A stretch of DNA of 64,000 nt, taken from NCBI GenBank assembly GCA_977030845.1, contig OZ365112.1, positions 17,422,001-17,486,000 on the forward strand, written 5' to 3'. Of this stretch, positions 39,343 through 48,243 are shown in pieces. Made by a program: the position numbers and the translations under genes. The DNA comes from Fimbriosthenelais zetlandica. Its lineage: Eukaryota. The notes below the pieces were generated by a model. It was not told where the DNA came from. It did no database searches and saw only the letters and a program-made list of their open reading frames with translations. The stretch's first letter is position 1. Every line of letters starts with the position of its first letter.

Positions 39343-40688
39343 ATGATGAGCCACCTGTGTTTACTGGTGATGATGCTGCTTGGCAAGTTTACAAAGAGAA
39401 GGAGAAGGTGGTGTATCCTGATGGTAAAAACCCCATCATGCAGCTCAATGAGTTATACCATGGCCTCAAGTACAGCTTCAATGATCAGGATGGCCCCATC
39501 CATAACGCTACGTTCAGTGTCAATGTGGAGGTTGAGGGTGAACCCTACATCGGTGAAGGAAACACCAAGAAGAGCGCCAAACTGCAGGCAGCCATGAATG
39601 CCCTTCATGGTCTGAGCACATCTGGCTACCTGGACATGAAGACAGCACAAATCAGTCAGCAGAGAGCCCAGAGAATGGAGAAGAGAAGACAATGGCTGAG
39701 CGACAGGAAAGAGAGAATCAAAGAGAAGGTGGATCAGTACAAGAGCAGGCCTAAAAAGAATCCCCCTCTTCCTCAGAATGCCATTGGTAAACTGAATGAT
39801 CGGTTCCGTTCATTGAAGTACAAGATGATCAAGCAAGATGGCCCTGTCCACAGTACTACGTTTGCCATGTCACTGGAGTTGGAGAAGCAGTTCTTTGTAG
39901 GCACGGGTAACTCCAAGAAGGCAGCCAAGGTAGCTGCTGCTGAGAAGGCTCTAAAGTGGCTGGGTGTGACTACAGGAGAGTACATGCTGGAGAACATGTC
40001 AAACGATGGTACTGAAGCTGAGGGTGAGGTGACCTTCAAAACAGTAATGATGGAGCAAGATCCACCAGCGGAAGATGACCAGGTGGCCAACCAGGCCGCA
40101 CCTGAGATCAAGCAACCTGTACCGGAGGAGCCATCAGAACCTGTGCCATCCACCTCATCTGAGACTGGTGAAGTGACCGAGGTACCTAAAGATCACCGAT
40201 ATCAAACACGTCAGAATGTCACACAGCAGAAGAACCAGGCTACACCAGGTGCCCGAGGACGTGGTGGACGTGGTCGAGGAGGTCCTCGAGGTGGCCGAGG
40301 CCGCGCAGCCCGAGGTGGCAGAGGCTCTGGCCGAGGATCTGGCAGAGGTCGTGGTCGTGGAGGTCGTGGCAGAGGATATCAAACTGGACCGATAGAATTT
40401 GGTCCTCTGAATCAGAACTTCAGGTCAGCTGGTCTGGAGGGTGGCAACCAGGAATACAGTCAGGGTGAAGGATGGAACTATGGTGAGAGTGCAGAGAATT
40501 ACGCTGACTACTCTGCCGGCTATGCTCACGGTGGAGGTGGAGATTATGATAACAGCTATAGCTATGGAGAGTATACTGAAGCCTCGGGCTATGCTGAAGG
40601 TAGCGGATCAGCAAGTGCTGGAGGTTATGGGGACCAATATCAAGCTGGATATGATCAAGCGCCTACCGGTACCAATGAAGAGTGGTAA
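39343..40688 (+). CDS. Terminal coding exon: two ADAR/ILF3-type dsRBMs, acidic linker, RGG box and Tyr/Gly-rich tail; probable alternative last exon of ADAR2 or last exon of a separate gene
   Basis: Open for 448 codons; dsRBMs GKNPIMQLNE...GPIH...KKSAK (39423-39614) and PQNAIGKLND...GPVH...KKAAK (39771-39965); strong acceptor TTTGTTTTCTTTTTCCAG ending 39342, phase 1; first in-frame ATG falls inside dsRBM helix 1; stop TAA 40686-40688. Confidence 0.93.
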
Positions 40689-42146
40689 ATTTGTGGTCTC
40701 AACTCAAGGGCGGATCTGACATTTTATAAAAGGATGACCATCAACAGAAATTTCAAATGGTTCAGACCTGTCTCTGAAATCTTAGAATAAGGGCATGAAT
40801 ATGGATGATTTTAATGGAAAGAAATTATGGAAGAATTTTATGAATTAATTAAGAATTCCAGTCCCTCTCTTGTATGTGTAAAGAGGTGCAATGTGTTTTA
40901 TTTGCTCCGAATGCAGCTGTGGAACCTATTTATATGGGAAACCCATTAATTGTATCCTATTGTGATGTACATTATAATTGTATGAGTGTTATTAGATGAT
41001 CAGCTCATGTTCCGTACTTTAACGTCTCACATTGTAATATAATTACACTATTGAATCACAAATATAGATAGATTATATATTACAGACTGTCAATGGCTGA
41101 CTAAGTTTGTGCAACAATTAAGAAAGAAATTAACTGTCAGATTTGTGTTGTATACATATAGATGTTGCACAACATGTTGTGCAGTATAGTATCATTGAAC
41201 GTTTTGCTGTTTAGAATGACATTATGTAAGACATCAAGTATACACATAGTCTGTGTATAGAAGCCTCATTCTATACTCGTTGATACATGTACATGTATAT
41301 CACATTATTCATATATGAACAAAGTTTCTGAGAGTAACTTCTTTGTTCAGCCATTTACGGTGTACATGTTGTTAACTATTCTTGACTTGGCTGTTGTAAC
41401 TTGGAATATGCTACAAGAAAATACAGTATCAAATATTAGAAAATACTTTCCTGTTATTAACCATTCGTGGACCACAGTAAGGAACTACATGCCAAAAGTC
41501 ATTTGCGTGTATCCTTCACTGAAGGCCAGGAATATACATTTCATGGATGCCGATGTCATGCTACGTAGTTCTCAATGTGGGTGCACGTTATAGCCTATAT
41601 ATAGAATGGGTATGCTGATGCTCCCCCCCTCCCCCTTTGTCACAAGCTTGGCAGAGGGACACACCTCGTCTTATGCAAGCATTTGCTGCATTTTGCCATA
41701 CATAGGTTATTTTCTGGGACACATACCTTTGGTAACTGTTAAGTAAGCGTGTTTGGGAACTGTTAAGTAACACTACAGGTACTTTCACGTGGCAGCACCT
41801 GTGAACTTACCTGCTATAAGAGAGAGCCTCACACGGTACCTTTACCACATTACATTGAATCTCATTGGTATAACTAGGAGGACGTTACCTATACACGATC
41901 GGCGAAAGAGAATAGGTGAATAGTTTATACATTATTAATTTATACAGAACCTTATTTAGGCTACTCCAGCTAAACATGAGGAAATTGTAGATTAGAATAC
42001 ATTATTTTGCACAGAAATAGTAAATTATGTTATATTTATAGTCTTGTTTCTATTGCACGGCAAAGACTATAAACCTCATTGTAATACAATGTGTTGAGTG
42101 CAGATGAGGTCAACATTTAACTGTTCTTGATTGGGTTGTTTTAGAA

Positions 42147-42267
42147 ATGCAGGAGGCATCAAGTAGGAGTGGGATCTACATCAGCCTGGTCGTAGCAACA
42201 TGGATTGTACTATTATTAACATTCTTTTTCAATGGCATGGCTTCTGTGGACCCCAGCTCAAACCTTG
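42147..42267 (+). CDS. Uncharacterised multi-pass membrane protein, exon 1
   Basis: ATG 42147 (context GAAATG), hydrophobic segment IYISLVVATWIVLLLTFFFNG, donor G|GTAGGA at 42268 (phase 1). An acceptor TTTTAG at 42144 suggests an upstream non-coding exon. Confidence 0.8.
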
Positions 42268-42393
42268 GTAGGATAATTAAAATTATTAAATTTCCCTTAA
42301 TATTCTCATTCTTAAATTTTTGAAGTCTAGACGTATTTACATTTGCATGTACATGTAATTAGCTTTTAATCATTTCTAATTATCTTTATCAAG

Positions 42394-42497
42394 GGTTATA
42401 TACAAGCACAACTGGTGATGTCTCTGATGTTTTCTACCTGGAAATCACACCTGCAGGATGGACATTTAGTATTTGGGGTTTCATTTACACCTACCAG
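42394..42497 (+). CDS. Uncharacterised multi-pass membrane protein, exon 2
   Basis: Acceptor AAG ending 42393; encodes GLYTSTTGDVSDVFYLEITPAGWTFSIWGFIYTYQ with the TPAGWTFSIWGxIY motif; donor CAG|GTAAAT (phase 0). Confidence 0.88.
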
Positions 42498-42608
42498 GTA
42501 AATATAGTTCAACTTAAATATATTTGCTAGGTTATCATAGCTTAATTAGCTTAGGAGAAACTTAATTTTCCATTTCTTTTAATGGCTGGGCTTATCTTGT
42601 TTTACCAG

Positions 42609-42853
42609 GTGATTTGGATGGTATATGCCACAGCCAACATCTTCAGGAAGTCAAGTAATGGCGTGCCTCTCTACAAGGTGGCACCAGTCATCCACTGGGG
42701 TATCTTCGTCTCTTATATCATCAACCTCATCTCTAACGTGTCGTGGCTCCTTCTCTGGGACAGGAAGTACATCGTAGCTTCATTGTTCCCCATAGCACTC
42801 ACCCCTGTCACCATGTACATATGCGGGGCTGTCTCAGTATGGTCCATATTCAG
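42609..42853 (+). CDS. Uncharacterised multi-pass membrane protein, exon 3
   Basis: Acceptor TTTTACCAG ending 42608; VIWMVYATANIF...NVSWLLLWDR...; donor AG|GTAAGC at 42854 (phase 2); part of ORF 42582..42857. Confidence 0.9.
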
Positions 42854-43082
42854 GTAAGCTTGTATTTTTACTATATTATTACAACCATACTGAAGTCTCT
42901 TTATATATAATAAATTGCTTTTACACCACCAAGAGCAACCAAAAGACTGGGCCCAAAAGATAGAAAATCATCCTGGTATTCTTTACCTGTCGGAATGGTT
43001 CTTACCACGGTTCAGGCGGCATATCGTCCTATAAGGCCCTATACTTTAGTATAAAAATACCTATAATTATAAACATACTTCA

Positions 43083-43530
43083 GTGAATGCTATGGCATGC
43101 CTATGTTTCTTGCCATATGTTATGTTTCTTGCCATGCTTTCTGTTTGTTTAGATGTGTTATTGTTTAAATGTGTTCTTCTATCCTATCAAATCTGAGTGC
43201 ATGTTACCCACTGTTTTTTCTGATTTTTATTTCTGGTTTTCTGTATATAGGTACCATTGTTACATGTTTGTTTTGGAAGTCTTAACGGTGTTGATTGTGT
43301 TGATTGACTTTTTAAAGCCTTTAGCTTTTTCTTTGTGGTTTGTGTTTTTTTGTTTTTTGGTTCTTTGTGGTATTCGTTGCTTCCTTTTGCAAGGCCTTGA
43401 ATGCACCTTGTTCCTTGATTTATGTCTATGTGATAATGACTGATAAACATCCCTCATTCTCAGTTTCTCGTTCAGTTCACTTTTGCATCTTTACTTTCTT
43501 TGGTATATGTTTGGTGATGGGGATTTGAGA
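43083..43530. repeat. T-rich low-complexity tract in intron 3 of the membrane-protein gene
   Basis: Runs such as TTTTTTGTTTTTTGG and a short duplication TATGTTTCTTGCCAT; produces spurious F/V-rich and K/T-rich ORFs. Confidence 0.6.
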
Positions 43531-43682
43531 ATTGTGTATTTCTGAACCATGTCTCAAGCATAGCGGAATCTGGGCCCTTTTTGGCAAGGCCTTCAAAGGC
43601 ATAAAGTTACATATTTTGCCAATCTGCTAATTTCTATCTGAAGTTCTCATTTGTATCACTTGTTAATTTTGTTAAACTTCAG

Positions 43683-44145
43683 ACAATACCCACAGCTGAC
43701 GGAGAATGGTTTCTTCATAGAGAATCGTTTGGTGATTGGTTTGGTGTCCAATGCCTTCGCCATGTATGGTACCTGGGTGTCTGTGGCCACCTTGTTGAAC
43801 CTCGGCATGGTGTTAGTCTACTCAGCCGGTATGGCACAGGCTGCAGGTTCCTCCGTCGCACTCTCTATTCTGACTTTCGACATTCTCGTCTGGGCCCTCC
43901 TTGACTTGGCTTTCATTGAGAAGTATACCAGGTTCCTCTTCACGCCTCACTTGGTGCTCATGGTGGCACTAGGCGGCAGCATCTCTAAGAATTTCAATCC
44001 TTCCAAACCTAATTCAGTGTTCACTGTCTTCCTCCTTATTGCTGTCATTATCACGCTTCTGGTGAAGATATGCTTGGTTACCTACAGGGAAATTAAAAAA
44101 CCTTCCTTTCCCGAAAAATCTAAGATTTTGGCAGTAGATGCATAG
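43683..44145 (+). CDS. Uncharacterised multi-pass membrane protein, last exon
   Basis: Acceptor CTTCAG ending 43682 completes the phase-2 Arg codon; NAFAMYGTWVSVATLLN motif and four hydrophobic segments; TAG 44143-44145. Joined CDS is 933 nt = 310 aa. Confidence 0.92.
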
Positions 44146-44686
44146 TGAATTGCATAAGTTGAAAGTAAGAAGTCTATGCCCTCTGTTTAAGCAGATCAGA
44201 AAGAATAATATTTATATCAATGAAGAATTTTCCGGCATCTGTATCTGGTAAACTTTTTGCAACAAGATAATATACATAATTATGTTCTGATGAACTTGGG
44301 AACTATAACATCAACTATAACATCAAATTTATTTTCCTGAATATATATTTGGCATATGATGTGCACAACAGAATCACGAATGGTGTTAGGTAATGTTTTA
44401 TATAAATTAGTAATAATAATCTATTTTGTATAGCGTAGAACTCCATGATATATGCACTAAACCGCTTAATTAGTACACAGGAATAATTTCCAATTGATGC
44501 AGAAAATGAGAATTGCAAATTAATGTTCACAATTTTAGTCAATGACTTATAATGAGAAGGACTGTTTCCTATCTATACAATGGTATAATTACATATAGCT
44601 TGGTTACTCTATAGGAATAATTTGGAACAATGTAAGCGGAAGATGGATGTAAATGTCCCTTTTATCCCTTTTAGTGTGTTCTATAT

Positions 44687-44763
44687 TTTATTTAATTGGA
44701 CATTTAAATTTTAAAATATTCCACATTTATTGTTCACAAATAAATGCTACAAATTTTAATAAA
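44687..44763. terminator. Back-to-back polyadenylation signals for the convergent membrane-protein and FaNaC genes
   Basis: + strand AATAAA at 44739-44744 and 44758-44763; - strand AATAAA (TTTATT) at 44726-44731 and 44687-44692. By eye these are the first canonical hexamers after each stop codon. Confidence 0.6.
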
Positions 44764-45917
44764 GGTGGTTAAGGCTTTTACTGTTCTCCAGTATACGGAT
44801 TTAAAGGGACCCCTACCCCCTCCCCCCACTCAAAAAAAAGAGAGAAAAGAAACGAAAAATAAATCCTGCTTCAGGCCTGTTTCCAGCCCTTTTGAGATAT
44901 ACTAGTTGCCATATCGGCTATATATGCAGTATGGCACAGTGCACTTGACATTGACATCGAAATGACTCTTTATACACAATTCTATGTGTACACCACACCA
45001 TGATAATGTCTGGACCAGATTTTATCTCAGCTAATAACCCAGACTTATATAAGGCTGATGTCAATGTATAGCACTTTAGAGAGTCTTGGTAATATTAGTT
45101 CCATATCAAGCATAATTATTTACATGGGCCTACACTCGCCAACCTTTATAGTCAGTCTATATTCTTTTCTGTTACCTGTAATTGGTTAACCCATGCGACT
45201 TCACTACTGATTCATTAAGGCATAAGAACAGTAGGCAGCTTCAAGTTAGAACCCCTGGAACGCGTGTTTCTGTTGTAGAATTAGAGTGTTGCCTGCTCTC
45301 CCTCCCGAATCCTCTTTGGCACGCTGTAGTATTAATTGAATGTATTGTTCAGTCGTGTTTTGGGCTGTTCTCGAAGCCTGCTTAATTAGCAGACAATGGT
45401 TTGGGAGACTTTGATGATATGGTAAGACTGTATATAGTATTTTCTACCAAGAAGACTGGTGAACGTTCCTTTGCCTAAGTAGCTGGCTACTGCAAATGCA
45501 ATATTGGTTTCCCCTTGCATGCCAGCAATAAAGCCAGTATGTATATACCACTGCCTAGTCACGAAATGGGCAAGTTGAATTTAACAAGGTGTGATAATTG
45601 CAGCGCAAGAGCAGTAACTGTTGATGAGTGGGAATTGTTAGGAAGAACTCTTAAGGGGTGGTGGGCCTCATCTGTCACTGTTTTTATGTAATCAGTATAG
45701 CAATCAGCCAGACATGTCACACTACATAGTACTCTTTTGTGTCCACGTTTTGTTCGTATCAGGTCCATCCATTCTTGATTAAGGACTATTTTCAGTCGTA
45801 TTATTGTCTGCCATTGTACTCTGTTGCCACCATGTCCTCAAAAGTACTGTACACTTCCCGATGCGAAGACGACACAACTGCCCAGTAGTGTATGACGTCA
45901 TCGTCATTCTTTCGACG

Positions 45918-47462
45918 TCATAGTTTTGCAGTGTCAATACGATCAAGGTGGTCGAGGTGGTTAGAGTGAGAGTTGGTGTTGTTATTGGGATATCGGTCCT
46001 GTCTTGGTACACTGGCATAGCCAGATGTGAAAAAGCGGAAAATCTCCCAGAAGAGTTCTAAAACTTCAGTGAGTGTAATTATAGAGATGCCAACCCAGAG
46101 ACCAAGCTGACCACCAATGTCAGAAACAAGTTGGTTTCTTGTATAGTCAGCAGCTTCCTGGGTCTTTACCACATTACTGTCTGCTATATACACATTTAAC
46201 CGTGCAAAATCCTTCATTGTATTTTCCCTATCATCAGTGTCAAAGTACTTTTGGAACAGTTGGTATTTCCCTCTGGTTTTTGATTTATTGAACCGCTCAT
46301 TAAAGCGTTCTATGCCAAACACATCAAAATATGCAGCATCACCTTCATATCCAGATGCAGGCCACTTAGACAAACTGTAAGAGACATCATAGGCCACCTC
46401 GTCACAGGGAGGATAACAGGTACACATCTCCATAGCTGTGGTGTTCTTAGTTAATTTGGCTTTAGATGATCTCACACATTGTATACGCTTGTGAAGTTTC
46501 TGAAGTGTATCAAAACATTGCTGTGTGGCATTGAACATGCATGAGTCCGGGAACTCATCGTCATTCCTACACAGAGGTGATGTTACATTAGGTACATTAG
46601 GGAGCCCAACATCAGAACAGTTACACACTTGTACGATGTAGGATTGCAGGCACATCTTCTGACATGACATGAGTCTGTATCTCACAGTCGCAACGTCAAA
46701 CGGGTTATGATCAGAACAGTTTCCATGAGGAGGTCCAATGCGGATGTTGCGACGGGGTTTGATACCAAATGAAGCAGAGAAACCTGGGGGGACATCATAA
46801 CCTTCTGTGAAGGGGTAAGGCTCCGTTCCAGGAGGGTGTATGACTACTCTGACACCCTCCGATGCTGACACTGCACTCCGCCATTCATGTAATCCAGGCA
46901 ACATGCGTACTTCATCATTTTTATCTAGCATCCCACTTCCAGAGAGTAATATGGCTGACCAGCCGTTTTCAATGCCTTCAGATAGGGAGTCATCCATTTC
47001 TGAGTAGTCTGGCGCTTTATAAGTGAAACAATTGAAATAGTAAGGATCGAAAAAGCGTATAAAGTTCTTCTCCTTTTTACACCTGTGTCCAGCATAGTGG
47101 CAGTTGACCACGAAGCCTTCTAGCTGGACGGCGGCCAGGCTGATGATGTCTTCACGGATATTAGCAGAGAAGGTGGTCCGGGAGAAGATCTCCTGGAAAA
47201 CCTCAGGGAACTCTTCCTGGTAAGTCCACCAGAGAGGAGCATATTTAGCCACGGTTTTCATATACTCATTGATGAAGGGGTGGTCTGACTTGTTGATGTG
47301 GTTGTATGGCTCATCGTCCTCTATAAACATCTTATTGAGTGTGTTGAGTACATGAACGTCCAGGTTACGCATGTTGCAAATAGAGATTGACGGAAAAGGC
47401 ACTGGAGTTGGTACTACTTCAACCGTCACCTTCTTGGGATAGGAGAAGTACCTTGTTAACAC
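45918..47462 (-). CDS. FaNaC: DEG/ENaC peptide-gated sodium channel (FaNaC type), exon 2: ectodomain, TM2 and C-terminus
   Basis: PFPSISICNM, FDPYYFNCFTY, GVRVVIHPPG...PPGFSAS, Cys-rich thumb, CYPPCDEVAY, SLSKWP, RLNVY, LVSDIGGQLGLWVGIS (TM2, GxS filter). Acceptor CTTTTCAG at 47463, phase 0; TGA 45920-45918. From memory very close to annelid FaNaC1; family certain, subtype not checked by search. Confidence 0.93.
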   Translation of the reverse strand: MLTRYFSYPKKVTVEVVPTPVPFPSISICNMRNLDVHVLNTLNKMFIEDDEPYNHINKSDHPFINEYMKTVAKYAPLWWTYQEEFPEVFQEIFSRTTFSANIREDIISLAAVQLEGFVVNCHYAGHRCKKEKNFIRFFDPYYFNCFTYKAPDYSEMDDSLSEGIENGWSAILLSGSGMLDKNDEVRMLPGLHEWRSAVSASEGVRVVIHPPGTEPYPFTEGYDVPPGFSASFGIKPRRNIRIGPPHGNCSDHNPFDVATVRYRLMSCQKMCLQSYIVQVCNCSDVGLPNVPNVTSPLCRNDDEFPDSCMFNATQQCFDTLQKLHKRIQCVRSSKAKLTKNTTAMEMCTCYPPCDEVAYDVSYSLSKWPASGYEGDAAYFDVFGIERFNERFNKSKTRGKYQLFQKYFDTDDRENTMKDFARLNVYIADSNVVKTQEAADYTRNQLVSDIGGQLGLWVGISIITLTEVLELFWEIFRFFTSGYASVPRQDRYPNNNTNSHSNHLDHLDRIDTAKL

Positions 47463-48090
47463 CTGAAAAGAGTACAAAACACAATCTGAAGCTTGGTTTG
47501 ATAACTATATTTGGCAAGTGACAGAAAGGCAACACAAGATGAACAGTAATTGGAACTATATTTCTAGTAATGTGCTTCTACTCTAAGATAATGTTGATAT
47601 ATAATTTACTCTAAATCTTGCTGCTATAGATGGTTAGAAATGTGATCACTGATAGTTATGTTCGAAGTAATGAATTAATCATTCACATCAGCAAAGGCAT
47701 TTGGCCAAGGGAAACAGTCGAACAAGAGAACTCGGATATCACAGCAGTGCAGACTGCCAGGACAGGTCCTTATAGCTGGCCTTGCAGTAAATCGTCAGCT
47801 TCACACAGGATCATGGCAGGTTTGCTTCCCTGTCTGTGGCAAAAACACATATTGCTTCCAAGACATATCACAGACGGCCACACGACCTGCCCACGTCCAG
47901 ACTATGATCTTATCAGATATTGATCCCCAAAGATATTCTTTACTGTTAGGCACTATTTTTGGCACTCAATAACTCATGACCCTCATAGTTTATTGGAGAT
48001 TTGCTTCTGCAGTAATTGAACTGGCATAATACGCTATATATTTTCATTTTTTAAATGTAATTCTCTATTTTTGAGGAAAAGATTACTCAC

Positions 48091-48243
48091 TTCAGACATT
48101 TGGAGACCAAACATTGCCCCCGCAGCTAAGCAGACAAATGACCAGAAGACTCGTGCCAAGGTCGATTTGGCATTGATGACCTTGGGCACTCCATGCATCG
48201 TAGTGTGGTCTGAGAAGACTTGTAATACATCCCTAAATGCCAT
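48091..48243 (-). CDS. FaNaC: DEG/ENaC peptide-gated sodium channel (FaNaC type), exon 1: N-terminus, HG motif, TM1
   Basis: Strong Kozak ACCATGG at 48243; MAFRDVLQVFSDHTTMHGVPKV...RVFWSFVCLAAGAMFGLQMSE; donor GAA|GTGAGT at 48090, phase 0. Joined CDS is 1698 nt = 565 aa. Confidence 0.93.

Noticed and set aside
43153-43528. Several 60-96 aa ORFs on both strands within intron 3 of the membrane gene
   Set aside because: Artefacts of T-rich low-complexity sequence.
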